A stretch of DNA of 63,645 nt, counting the filler, from Atractiella rhizophila (taxonomy: Eukaryota), in NCBI GenBank assembly GCA_021432655.1. It is 3 parts of 3 records of this genome, joined end to end, with 100 filler letters (N's around TTAATTAATTAA, not from the genome) between each part and the next. Parts side by side here need not be neighbours in the genome. Positions count along the whole stretch, not along the records: positions 46,646 to 63,645 come from MU271347.1; 2 more parts are not named here. One strand, 5' to 3'. Below the pieces are notes generated by a model. It was given only the letters and a program-made list of their open reading frames with translations, had not been told where the DNA came from and searched no databases. Below, piece by piece: positions 48,967 to 62,162 of this stretch (its first letter is position 1; each line of letters starts with the position of its first letter). The translations under genes and the position numbers were made by a program.

Positions 48967-51900
48967 CTACTCTTCCCTTGGAGCCTCAGAACTGTTATTC
49001 AGCTGCATGTTCTGAAGGACCTGGTTGTAGACCCAACCGAAGCCCCAAAGCTGCCCTTTGATCCTCCTGATGTCAACGGAGTAGAGTCCAGTTAAGTTCT
49101 TTAGCCGCGTAAGCTCGATGGAGAACCGGATCTCGTCGCCGCTGTCTACAGAGGACTCTCCATAAGCGGTTGGGGGCTGAGGATGGGATACGGAAGGTGA
49201 GTTGTCATCTGACATGGACGGTGACATTGGTGATAGGATGGATTGATCAAGGGTTGAGTCCTGAACGCTCATGAGCATGGGTGGTCACGAAACAAAAACA
49301 AACATACCGTAGAGGGATTATTTCCCAACTGTACTGAATTAGAACTCTTCTGTCTCCCAAAGAAACTCTTGAATCCTCCACTGGACGGACTCGGGGCCAT
49401 CCCCTTCTCCTCTCCCCAATGCAATCCCAATCTACCCCCCTTCTTCTTCCCCTTCCTAATACATTTGACTTTAAACTCTCCATCTCTCTGCGCCTCAATT
49501 CCAAGGTTCCACAGCACCTTCCTGATCTCATCCATGATTTCTTGCGGTTGTCTAGGTGTGACAGCGTTCTGATCTATAGCTCCATGATGCACCCTCAATT
49601 TAGACTCGATAAAACACGTCCTCGCTCCTTATCGTCGCTCCAGCCACGCTCGGCACTCCAACCATCTTCCGCTCCCGCTCCCCATTCATAGTGGTCGCTG
49701 TCGTCGAAGCGGAGAGATGGCTCTGTGCTCCGCTCGCCGATCTCGAAGAGGGGCCGGACTCCCTTCCCGGTCCATACAGGTTCCCATCCCCCGTTCGTTG
49801 GAGACGTGACGATGACTCCTGGAGGGGATTTATCAAAGTCCGTTTCGATGGGAGGGATGGTACCGGCAGGACTTCCTCCAGGCGTGGTGTTTTCACCTGG
49901 ACGGTTGAGCGACTTCCACCTGAACCAATCCATCACCTTCTTCGCCTTCTTGTCCCCCCTCTCCATCCTCCCCCTCCGCCAACTCCAGCACCCCCGGTTG
50001 TCGTCCCGCTCGATTTCGTTTTCGAAGGCACCAGAACAGACATCGGCTTCTTCTTCCCACCACTTCCAGCGACATCCATAGTAGTAGCGCTCTTGTTCAT
50101 CTGGCTCTCTTCCCTCTTCGCCTTCTCCTTCGGTACAGGCGGTACAATAGTAGCCGACCGATCTCTCACTCCAGTCGCCGTCATGGGCTTCGTCGCTTCT
50201 CTTTCCCTTATCTTTCTCGCCCCCCACAGCCTTACTGCCCCTCTTGAAACGGCTCGCACTCCTCCCAAGCGGATCGATGACCATGCTCAGCGCCTTCTTC
50301 CTCTTCGTAGCCGTCGGGACGGCGCTCCTCTTCCTTCTCTCTCCTTCTCCTTCTCCCTCCCTTCATCAGCGCCCCTGATTCTCCCAAAAACTTGGAGATA
50401 AAGGTCTTATCGATACTCAGGCCCCTTCTTATGCCTCCCCGAACCGGTCATGGAGCCGTTCGTGTTCGTGCTCGCTTTGGAAGAGGACGAANNNNNNNNN
50501 NNNNNNNNNNNNNNNNNNNNNNNNNNNNNNNNNNNNNNNNNNNNNNNNNNNNNNNNNNNNNNNNNNNNNNNNNNNNNNNNNNNNNNNNNNNGGAGTGGGA
50601 GAGGGTGATGGAGCGGAGGGCGAATGTGAATTCGTCGCGTTCGCGTGCGAATGAGAGGCGGTAGATGTCGTCGGAGTCTTTGGCTCCGAGTCCTCCGCAA
50701 TCGCTTCCTGCTCCTCTGCTCCCAAACCGGCATTAATAAAAATGTAACAATGAAAGGAAGGGGAGTGAGGGACATACCACGATCACCACTGGCCCTAGGA
50801 TCATACTCGACCTGGACCGTATACCTCGCCCTCCCCTTCTTCCTCTCCTTCTCCTTCTCCTTCTCCCTCTCCTCCCTCTCCTTCGCCCTCTGTTCCCGCT
50901 CCATCCTCTCCCGAACGTCCTTCGCAACAGCAAACGGGTCCTCATCCGCCTCCATCTCCGCCTCAGCCGACATCAAAGTACTACTCGTCGGGACGGGCAC
51001 ATGGATCGGCAATTCGTCCTCAGCTTGAGCGACGAAGGTCGGTTCGGGGGGAGCAGAGACGGGTGTGACGATGGCGGACATCGCTGCACGACGGCCGTGT
51101 TGATGGGTCGGTTCAAGGCTGATGCCTGCTGTGGTTGCGCTCGAGGTCATCCCCACCGCACCAAGTCCTCCTCCTAGAGGTAGAGGAGTGGGAACGCTGG
51201 TCGGGGTCGGAACTGTCGGTCTCCTCTCTGGCGTTGGACGGGCAGACATCGTTGGCATCGGTTCTTCCTCCTCTCTAGCCATCGTGACGGGGACGACCAT
51301 CGCGGACTGATGTTTGGCCGCTGCACCAGACGGTCTTCGATGAGGAGAAGAGGAAGAAGAGAGTTGTTGATTCATGACGCTCCTCCTCCTCTCCTGTTTC
51401 CTCCTCTCCTGCTCCCTATCCGCTTCATCCTCCAACTCCTCCACTCCCCTCTCCAACTCCTCTCTATACTTTTCCAGCCACTTCAACTCCCTCACCTCCT
51501 CCAACGTCGCTCTCTCCCTCGGATCCGGGACGAGCATCCGCGTGAGGACTTCGCGAGCGAGGGGCGTGATCCAATCCGGAAAGGAGAGACGGGTGCTGAT
51601 GATGTATTTGTAGAGGAGGTTGATGTTGTCTCCATCCGGATTCGACGGGTCGTCGTCGAAAGGAAGGTAGCCGGCGAGCATGGCATAGAGGATCACTCCG
51701 CACGACCACACGTCCACCGCCGTCCCGACGTACTTCCCATCTTGCACAACCAACTCGGGAGCAGCGTAGCAAGGCGAGCCGCAAGAAGTGGACATGAGAT
51801 CATCCCCACTATCCCGTCGTCACATCACTTTCCCTCCGACCCAAAAGAGAAAAAGTAGATGAAAGGGCTTACCGGTCAGCGAACCGATTGGCAAAGCCGA

Positions 51901-52479
51901 AATCGGTAATGATTATATTTCTATTCCGGTCCAGGAGCAAGTTCTCGAGCTTGAGATCCCGATGGACGACCTTTTTGGCATGTAGGTATGCCACACCTGA
52001 AATCAATTGGGAGAAGAGACGGGTCGCGTCCCGTTCGCGAAGGTATCGGTGTGCGAGGATGTGATCAAATAGTTCGCCGCCTGTATTCGTATCGCGTTAA
52101 AATGAATTAAAAAATGTATATGAGTGAGGGGTCGAAAAATGCGGAGATGGGGAGGAGGGAGCAAATTGGATGGGGGCGTGAGGGAATGAAAGGAGCGAGA
52201 AAACGAACCTGAGGCATACTCCAACACGATCCCGATGTACTTCTCAGTCTCAATCACATCGAAAAGCCTCACGATATTCGGGTGTTTCACCGCTCTTAAG
52301 ACATCAATCTCCCGCCTCACCTTTTCCTGTCGAACGACCGTATCCATGCTTCCCCTCTTGATCAACTTGATGGCGACCTCGCTTCCACCAGCGAGCACGG
52401 CGGCTGCTGCGGAGTGAGAAGAGGCATTAGGGGACGAGGGCGGGTTGTAGACGCCGAGTTTGACCTTTCCGAACTCTCC
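48967..52479 (-). CDS. KIN4-like CAMK Ser/Thr kinase with C-terminal KA1-like domain (start in gap)
   Basis: [78 protein letters not shown]. Confidence 0.92.
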
Positions 52480-53698
52480 NNNNNNNNNNNNNNNNNNNNN
52501 NNNNNNNNNNNNNNNNNNNNNNNNNNNNNNNNNNNNNNNNNNNNNNNNNNNNNNNNNNNNNNNNNNNNNNNNNNNNNNNNNNNNNNNNNNNNNNNNNNNN
52601 NNNNNNNNNNNNNNNNNNNNNNNNNNNNNNNNNNNNNNNNNNNNNNNNNNNNNNNNNNNNNNNNNNNNNNNNNNNNNNNNNNNNNNNNNNNNNNNNNNNN
52701 NNNNNNNNNNNNNNNNNNNNNNNNNNNNNNNNNNNNNNNNNNNNNNNNNNNNNNNNNNNNNNNNNNNNNNNNNNNNNNNNNNNNNNNNNNNNNNNNNNNN
52801 NNNNNNNNNNNNNNNNNNNNNNNNNNNNNNNNNNNNNNNNNNNNNNNNNNNNNNNNNNNNNNNNNNNNNNNNNNNNNNNNNNNNNNNNNNNNNNNNNNNN
52901 NNNNNNNNNNNNNNNNNNNNNNNNNNNNNNNNNNNNNNNNNNNNNNNNNNNNNNNNNNNNNNNNNNNNNNNNNNNNNNNNNNNNNNNNNNNNNNNNNNNN
53001 NNNNNNNNNNNNNNNNNNNNNNNNNNNNNNNNNNNNNNNNNNNNNNNNNNNNNNNNNNNNNNNNNNNNNNNNNNNNNNNNNNNNNNNNNNNNNNNNNNNN
53101 NNNNNNNNNNNNNNNNNNNNNNNNNNNNNNNNNNNNNNNNNNNNNNNNNNNNNNNNNNNNNNNNNNNNNNNNNNNNNNNNNNNNNNNNNNNNNNNNNNNN
53201 NNNNNNNNNNNNNNNNNNNNNNNNNNNNNNNNNNNNNNNNNNNNNNNNNNNNNNNNNNNNNNNNNNNNNNNNNNNNNNNNNNNNNNNNNNNNNNNNNNNN
53301 NNNNNNNNNNNNNNNNNNNNNNNNNNNNNNNNNNNNNNNNNNNNNNNNNNNNNNNNNNNNNNNNNNNNNNNNNNNNNNNNNTGCATTAGGATCTGTTGCG
53401 TGGGTGGAACGATTTATACGATCGTGAGTGCTGCAAGCTCTCCTCTAGTCGTGACATTCAAGCTGTGTTCTAATTTGTTCAAGCTTAACCAGCTAGACAT
53501 AGCAGAGAGTGAGAGTTTATGATAAAAACAAGGTCAGGAATGGGCCATTGCGGCAAGCACGAGCTATTTAGTATTGGCACGCTGTGACAAGCGTTCGATT
53601 GGGGTAGGTATGTCAATTCGCGCACGAGCTTTCGAAATCAGCTCAGGAAGACCGCCTTCTGGACGTCGATTCTACACCATCAATCCTGCCATCCTTGA

Positions 53699-54290
53699 GA
53701 TGGCAGGAACTGATGCCTCGCAACTTACCCAACTACGAGAAGGTTCGTACCTTCGATTATCTCCAAACCCAGATTTGACAACAGGAGACTAACTATCGTC
53801 GACTTGAAGAACGAACACTCCAACACACAGTAGGAAGAGCCAACATTCGGTTCCTCATACCGATGACAGAGTAGATGGACGTGAGAGCGCCACATCTGTT
53901 GTCTTTCTTCTTACTTCCTCATAACGCTGACTTTTCACTTAGTCCAATCATCAAACGTCTGGAGATTCGCTATCTACCCACCGTGCGTCATCCTGTTCGT
54001 TCCCCTTCTCCTTCTGTAGACCACAGCCTTGCTTACTCAATTTGCGCCCTTCAGGTTGGTCAGCCTGCCAGGCATTCTTTTGTTCCAAAGTTCCCTCTAC
54101 CCTTCCTTCTCGCCACCTCAGCCCATCTTGGACGTTGCATTCCTACCTGCTAATGTTATCAATCCAGATGATTGGGAAGCATACGGGAACAGAAGGCTTG
54201 GACCTTATCAGAATCTATAAATGAGATGAAAAGAAGGAAGATGGGACAGGTGGGAGTCAGGTATGGATGATGGTAAGCTTAACTCCAATT
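53699..54290 (+). pseudogene. Possible decayed multi-exon gene
   Basis: Several GTTCGT/GTGAGA/GTGCGT..AG intron signals with short frames interrupted by stops. Confidence 0.2.
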
Positions 54291-55114
54291 AGACATGTCG
54301 TTTGTGTTGTTTTCCTGGTTAACTTTCGTAATGCTCTCCTTACTAGGCTAAGCAGCACAATCGTTCGTTCCCGTTATTGGTTGCAGGCAATATTTACACT
54401 AAAAGGCCACATTCGCGACAATGGTTTTCAATTTCGGCTGGAGATGTCGTACTTTCATCACTATCGTGTATCGAAACCAAGTTTTGCGCACATCTGCGGT
54501 GATGGAGGTTGTAATATAATCTGTTTTTGTTCGTGTTCGAAAAGGAACCTGCCAATGCCCTGCCTGGCTCTGCTCAAGCTGTGTTGATGTTGACTTGAAG
54601 TGCTCTGGACCGAGTTACACCATCGACATCTTCCGCCATTTGTTCTCCTCTCATCCTTGCTCTAGTAGGCAGAACTTGAAGTCACCTTCGAATTGAATAT
54701 TCGCAGGTTTGTTGTGGTTGGTTTCCTGCCTTGCGACACTTTTTTTTTATCTGTTGTTCAAGTTCGCACGCTTCAATTGGCACCCCGGTCGAATAGAGTT
54801 CCCTGTTATACAGGCAGGCGTGCTAGCTTCGCGTCGAAGGTGAGTTTGCGTTCTACTGCGCTTTACTGACTCTTTATTGCTTTCTCAAGTCACATATTTT
54901 CTCCCACGGTGGTATTCCTTTCTAGAACACCCAAAATAAAGGGTGTGTACTCTTTCCCCCATTCACTTCTTCCTGTCTTTCCTCTTTCGTAATGTAGTCA
55001 GTCGTAGAAGGGCAGCGTGAAGCTCTTCCGCCTCCTCCCGCTGTTCGTCCTAAATCAGTGCATCTGTCTGAATTTCCTCTTGGGTAGTTTTCGACATTTT
55101 TCTTTATGATCGTC

Positions 55115-56698
55115 ATGCGTTTTACGGCTCCTCGGCTCTTCTCACCATCTCTCATCCCCAAAGGTATCTCCCGCAGAATAGCCTCCAAGCCTCCACCAGC
55201 AGCACTACCAGACCCGATGGCGATTCCGAAAAACGTGACAGTGACTACCAATGCTGCTGGCGAAGAAGAATTGGCCTTCCACTTTGCAGAAGAACCCCTA
55301 GGTATTCCTGCGGCCCACGGGCTCGGATTCCCCAACATCAAATTTGGCGATCGTATTGGGCCTGGCGGACGTTTTGAGGTGAAGCGAAAGTTGGGGTTTG
55401 GGGGATTTTCGAGTGTCTGGCTCGCTCGGGATAAAGAGTGCGTTTCCTTTTGCAGTGCAACACGAAGAAAGGATACTGATTACATCTTGAAAGAGAGAAC
55501 AAATTCGTGGCAATTAAAGCTCTAACAGGACATGCAACAGAGTTCGTTCAGAAGGAAATCAGCATGGAGCTCGAAGCACTCGAAGTTTTGAGTTCTCCAG
55601 GATCGAATCATTGCCTTCGTTTACTTTCTTCTTTCACTCTTCCTGGCGATGATGTTACTGGACAACACATTTGCCTTGTCACGCCCGTTTACGGAGGAAC
55701 GATAAGAGATCTGCACAGAAAACTTCCTGGAAAGAATGGCGGTTTCCCTCTTCCGATAGCGAAGAAGATTTTACTGCATATGTTAAGAGGACTCTCGTAT
55801 ATTCATGATATGACCGATTTGAAGTCCACGAGAGTGGCACATACCGACCTTAAGCACGATAATATCTTCTTCACGACGGCCTTGTCCTACGCCAATATCG
55901 ATCAGCTTTTGGAAGATGATCCTCCCAGGGTCAGCGAGGCCGAAGCCAGTCCCGGACCCCCTGGTCGGTATATTCAGGCTGCGCTTTCCCAACCTTTACC
56001 CCTTCCTGCATTTGAGGAGTGGGGAAAGCCGACTTTTTTGTTGGGTGATTTTAGTCATTGCCAAATATGGGAGCGGAAGGCACCTACCACCATCTCTACG
56101 CCAGAACTAAGACCGCCGGAGATCTATCTACAATCTTCTTACAGCGAGACAGTTGTAGGTCTCCGTCTGGTACTCCTACTCCTTCACTGACTTAGGATAT
56201 TCTAGGATATTTGGTCTTTCGGATGCATGGTGTGTACACGTAACATGGTGTTACTCAAGTTTACGAGACATTAAAGGTTTTTGATCTCGTCATCGGACGC
56301 TCACTGTTTCGTCATGAGCCTGACCCTGAAAAAGGGTTGACTGCAGATGGTCATATGCTTTACCAGATGATGTGCATCTTGGGAGAGGAGTTCAGTGGAA
56401 TACAATTGGGCAACAGCGACAGAGCGGCGGAGTTTTTTGATATCAACTGTGGGATTCTTATTCCTTTCTAATGTAGCACCACTACTAATTCCATTTTACA
56501 GGCAATCTCAAGCTCAAGGAAGGTTTTGATATTATAAACTGCCCCTTAGAAAGGTGTATAAGCAACTACAAACTTCTCCCGCTGGAAGAAGTCATGAGGA
56601 TGGCGAAACTCATGCGTCGTTGCTTGGTGGTGGATCCAAGAGCGCGCCCCAGCGCAAAGGAACTCTTGGACGATCCTTGGTTCAACGGTTTCGAGTGA
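55115..56698 (+). CDS. SRPK-like protein kinase
   Basis: RKLGFGGFSSVWLARD, VAIK, HTDLKHDN, GDFSH, RPPE, DIWSFGC, RPSAKELLDDPWF. Confidence 0.9.
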
Positions 56699-57019
56699 TG
56701 GAAATATCAGCTATCTAAGTTATTACATTCGCCTCTCGCCAGATCTAAATGTTGGCTTAGTTCTCCTCTATTTATCAAAGCCACTTCTTCATTACCTATG
56801 TTTCAATTACTCAATATTTATTCCAAAGCCCAGCCGCCCCTCATATATTTGTTCTAGTCATACTGCAATACCTCGTTGAGTGTCTTAGTAGCTCGGTCGC
56901 ATACTTGTCCTTCATCATCCCACGAGACTTTAAGTCTTTTTGAACAGAGCAAAGATGAAACAACTCTGAACATACCCAAGAAGAAAGCTAAAGCAAAATA
57001 ATTACCGTGGCAAGTCAAA

Positions 57020-58823
57020 TCAATCCATTTTCTCCTTCCACATCCCGTCTCCTCCTCCAATCTCCCTCTGCCACTTCTCCTCTCCGCCTTTCGCATAATC
57101 CGCCATCCACTTCCAACTCTGAAGAGTGGTCCACTTCGGTTCATACCTGCCCGACATCTTCAATATCATGACCTGATCGAGGGGACAAGGTTACCCTAGA
57201 TGCTTCCTTGCACGACTGTCGTCGATTATGACATCCAACAAGGTAGGTTCGAAGAATGCAGGCTGAAAAAGTCTGCCCTGTCCTAGCCATTTTGGAGCGG
57301 CAGCAGGGAGCTTTCCGTCGTCGAATGCAACAGTAAAAAGCTTGAGGAAGCGGAGTCGAGCGTTAAGGAAGAGCTCAATGACGTGGGCGACGATGTAGAG
57401 CATTGTCACTGGAAGTTGCACAACTTCTAGGTCGGGACAATTGAACTTTTTTGTTATGCGACGCGATCGATGAGCACTGTGCGACAGAATTGAGGAAAGG
57501 AATCGGCTCACTTGTGCAATTCTGGTGATGTCTCCGTCGGTGAAGAACATTTCTGGAGGGCCAGTAACGAGATAAGCTTGTCCCCCTACCTGGTTTCGCT
57601 TCGCTTCGTCCATAGACGTAAGAGCCGCTTCAAGCAAGAGATGGCCCATAGCTAGATCCATCACATTGATATTGATATGCGTAAAATTGTTGGAGTAAGC
57701 ATAGATACGCTTGTCGCGGTAAGCTTGACATATGAATTCTAATCGATGCTAGTTGAAATGGAGATTTCGAGCGCATGGAAATGACGAACGCTCTTGTGGT
57801 CCAATACCCATGATAGCCCTGAGTGGCAGGCATCAACCTGGCGCGATTTCGCAATGAAGTTTGAAATACCCTACATTCCTGGTCGCAGAGAGCCTGTTCG
57901 CATTCCTCTGGTTCCATCAGATTGAAGTACAAGTCGCTCTGCAGCCTGTTTTGTATACTACCTCCATAGTCTCAGCCTTATCTTGTAAGTGGAGACAGAA
58001 GGAAATTGAACAACGTACCGAATAGTTCCAGTGGTCGGACTGACATTCGAGCTCTTCATCTTCGTCCTTGATTACGGGATTTTGTTTTCGCAAGCGTAGG
58101 ATGTTAATTGGATTTAATTTGCAGGCTGTTGGATTTTGAGCGAGACCCAAATCCAAGAGAAAGGTTTTACCTGCTGAAGAGGTGTAGACTAAGGCTTCCG
58201 GAGGCGTTGCAAGGGCATCAATAGCGTCTATGACATTCTTCGTTCCGTCCACCGTCGTATGATAAGAGTAAGGAAGCTGCTCGCAAAAGAACGTTGAAAT
58301 CCTTGCATGTACGAGAGAGAAAGGAGCAAACGGTGAGATCCCCACGCTCCCAAAACCTCATTAGCGCAATCGTATGAAATATCCTCTCCGTCCCCCTCCC
58401 ATTTCTCCAGGCCATTCCCATCTTCTCTATCACGCCGTTGCGATCCCTCACGTCAACCTTGACATATTCCACTCCATCCAACACCCCATTCTCATCCAAA
58501 CCCTTGGGAAGCTCCCAATCCAAAACCCGAACATTCTTCTCTCCTCTCCCAATCAGAAATCGCACAATCCATCCACCTACCAATCCTGCGCCACCCAGCA
58601 CCACGTAGTTCTTCCCAGTTGGCGAAGCAGCCACAGGGAAAGAAGAAAGGATGCTCGAAATTGTGTGCTCATAAGCGGATAACATCTCGAGCTTTGCTAG
58701 AGGAGGGAGGACGGACGGGCGACTTGTTGAGGGCAATAACAGAGGGCGAAGAAGCCTTTGCCTCGCAAGGTGCAGGTAGATGAGAAAGCCCAGGATAAAC
58801 AGAAAGATCATGACTGATGGCAT
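57020..58823 (-). CDS. 3-beta-HSD/NAD-dependent epimerase family protein, paralog 1
   Basis: N-terminal TM, VLGGAGLVG, LVYTSS, YSYTK (YxxxK), ARKHLGYEP. Confidence 0.88.
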
Positions 58824-59743
58824 CCTCAGTTGTGCGCTGACAGTTCGATGAGGAGAGCCTGGGATTTATACAGCTCAGCTCAGCGTGCACCAGCCATCAG
58901 GCAACTGGGCATGTTGCTATCCTGCTTTTATTTGGGACTGCCTTGATCCCGTGAGCCCGCGTAATCCGCTGCGCTTGTCATTTCGTGTCCAAAGTGCTAA
59001 AATAAGGAAGCGGAGCAAGGCACCATTGTATGAAAGAACCAGAGTACCTTGCGGCCCACACAAACTTGCTTGCACTGTGCACTGACTGTGTGCCAAAGGT
59101 TGTCCCATACGTCCCATGCCATCTCAACTAGATAACTAGATACGCAGGTTCAGAGGTCCATCGATTAGTCGATTAGTCGAACGCAAGGCGCAGCGGAATG
59201 AGAAGATGCAGAGCAAGCGAAACAGAAGGGTGAGGAGCAATCTTTGACATTTTTGCCAAGAAAGGCCAGAATTGGATGGGCTGAAGTTGCCAGCTTGGAA
59301 TGAGGGAGAGAAAACTAAAGAAAACCACTAAAAATAATTGGCAACTGGAGAAGCGCAGTTCACCTTCCAACTTAATAAAGCTTAAAACTTGAAGTCCTGT
59401 CCCTGTTCTGACTCTTTTCCTTTTGTATGCTTTTGATGCCCCACATAGTCACGGTGAGCCTGCTCTGCTCCACTCCTAATACAGGTTTGGCTAAATATTC
59501 TTCACCTACTGGACATATGAACGTACTAATACTGATAATAAAGGGAGCAAAGCGTAAGGAACCATTCAAGTCGTCATCCACAGTTGATATCGAAATGTTC
59601 CAGCCTGCGACATTCACCCATGAGTGCAGCCATTCCTTCCACTTGATACAGATGAGCCATCAACTTGGGCAGTGCAGAATGAAAAATTCAGCAAGAATCC
59701 TAAGGAAGTTCAAGCGAAATAATTACAGTGCCAAGAGACAAAC

Positions 59744-61539
59744 TCAATCCATTTTCTCCTTCCACGTCCCGTCCCCTCCTCCAATCTCCCTCTGCCACTT
59801 CTCCTCTCCCCCTTTCACATAATCCGCCATCCACTTCCAACTCTGAAACGTCGTCCACTTCGGCTCATACCTATTCACAAATTCGTCAACATCAATCAAG
59901 AAATCAAAGGAAAAACATACCCTAAATGCTTCCTTGCACGACTGTCGTCAATTATGACATCCATAAGGGAAGGTTCGAAGAAGGCAGGCTGAAACAGTCG
60001 GCCTTGTCCTAGCCATTTTGGGGCAGCCGCGGGTAGCTTTCCATTTTCGAAGGCGCTCGTGAAAAGCTTGAGGAAGCGAAGTCGAGCATTAAGGAAGAGT
60101 TCGATGATGTGGGAGAAGACGTAGAGCATGGTAACAGGGAGCTGCACGATCTCCAACTCGGGACAATTGAACTTTGTCGAGAATGAACCTCTTGCCTCAG
60201 AATTGAGATATGAAAGGAAGTCGACTGACTTTTGTAATCTTGTTGATGTCCCCATCCGTAAAGATCATATCTCGAGAGCCAGTAATAAGATAGGCTTGTC
60301 CTCCAACTTGATTTCGCTTCTCTTCGTCAGCAGATGTGAGTGCTGCTTCGAGTAAAAGATGCCCCATTGTCAGATCCATCACGTTGATGTTGGTGTGCGT
60401 AAAGGTGTCAGAGTAAGCATAGAGGCGCTTGTCGCGGTACGCTTGACACATGAATTCTAGTTGATCCTGGATGAGAGGGTAATTTGAGCAGCAGTGAGAA
60501 AGACGAACGCTCTTGCGGCCCTGTGCCGACGATCGCCCTATGGGTTAAACGTCAACATAGCATAATTCGTAGAGAAGCATCGTACATGCCCGGTCGTAAA
60601 GAGCCCGTTCGCATTCCTCTAGTGCCGTCTGATCGAAGTACAAGTCGCTCTGCCGTCTGTTTTGTATACTGCCACAAGTATGGTTTCAGATTCTCCGTCT
60701 AGATGGAGTGAGGAAGAGGGCGAGGGAAGTACCGAATAGTTCCAGTGACTGGAATGGCATTCGAACTCTTCATCTTCATCTTTGATTACTGGGTTTTGTT
60801 TTCGCAAGCGCAGAATCTCGACTGGTTTTAATCTGCAACCTATGGACTTCTTGAGTGAGCCAAAAGAATCCAAGAGAAAGGTTTTACCCGCTGAAGAGGT
60901 GTACACCAATGCCTCTGGAGGTATTGGAAGGGCATCGATGGCGTCCATGACATTCTGCGTCCCGTCCACGGTTGTACGATATGAATAAGGAAGCTGCTCG
61001 CAAAGAAAGTTGATACTTTTGCAAGTACGAGAGAGAAAGGAGCCAACCGTGAGATCCCCACGCTCCCAAAACCTCATCAGGGCAATCGTATGGAATATCC
61101 TCTCCGTCCCCCTCCCATTTCTCCAGGCCATTCCCATCTTCTCTTTCACGCCGTTGCGATCCCTCAAGTCCACCTTGACATACTCCACTCCATCCAACAT
61201 TCCTTTCTCGTCCAAACCTTTCGGAAGCTCCCAATCCAAAACCCGAACATTCTTCTCTCCTCTCCCAATCAGAAATCGCACGATCCACCCTCCTACGTAT
61301 CCTGCACCACCCAACACCACATAGTTCTTCCCAGTCGGTGAAGAAGCTGCAGGGAATGAAGATAGGATGCTCGAAATTGTGTGGGTGTATACGGACAGCT
61401 TCTCGAGCTCTGTTGGAGGAGGAAGGACGGATGGACGGGGTGTTGAAGGCTGTAATAGAGGCCGAAGTAGTCTTTGCCGCACAAGGTAGAGATAGATGGG
61501 GAAGCCCAGGACAGATAGGAAGACCGCGGCGGATGGCAT
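59744..61539 (-). CDS. 3-beta-HSD/NAD-dependent epimerase family protein, paralog 2
   Basis: Collinear tandem copy with the same exon structure; VLGGAGYVG, YSYTK. Confidence 0.88.
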
Positions 61540-62162
61540 CCTCGGTTACTGTTGGGGTGGGTTGAAAGGTAGATGAGGAGAGGTAAGGAAAGCTTGGGAT
61601 TTTATACTCTCAGACAACGCGGTCCTTCTGTTCGGGGCTGTCTCAAACCCGGCTGACTTGCTTGGCTACCACCCGCTGGACTGCGCTTGCTTTTCGTCAT
61701 TCTCGCCAGACCTCGGAAAAGACAAGACCTTTGAATAAATAAATCAGAATCAAATTGTCTGTGAAGCGAAGTGAGAAACTGTCTCAACGACACTTACATT
61801 TCACCGAAACTTGACTCACAGTACGTCGCAACCGAACCCCGCAGATTCTGTCAACCGCGCAAGAAAGGCGCAACAACCCGGCGATCAATGATGCTGCACT
61901 TGAGGTGTACACGTACACCAGCAGAAAACAACCCTTGGCAAGCTGAGCACTAGGTGCAAGCAGAGGTGCAAGCTTTGGGATTTTTTCCTGGAAGGCCGGG
62001 AAAGAGTACCGTGAAATTGGGACTATGATGCATATGACATCACGTTGATTTGACGTTCCAAAACACGTCACAAACCCAACCTCCGCACATATAAAAGACT
62101 TCTCTTCTCCCCTTCTTACTTTTCTGCCCACAACTTTTAATCCTTGTAAAGACGACGACAAC

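Noticed and set aside
49950..49990. Apparent frameshift in the KIN4-like kinase
   Set aside because: Falls in G homopolymers; probable sequencing error rather than programmed frameshift
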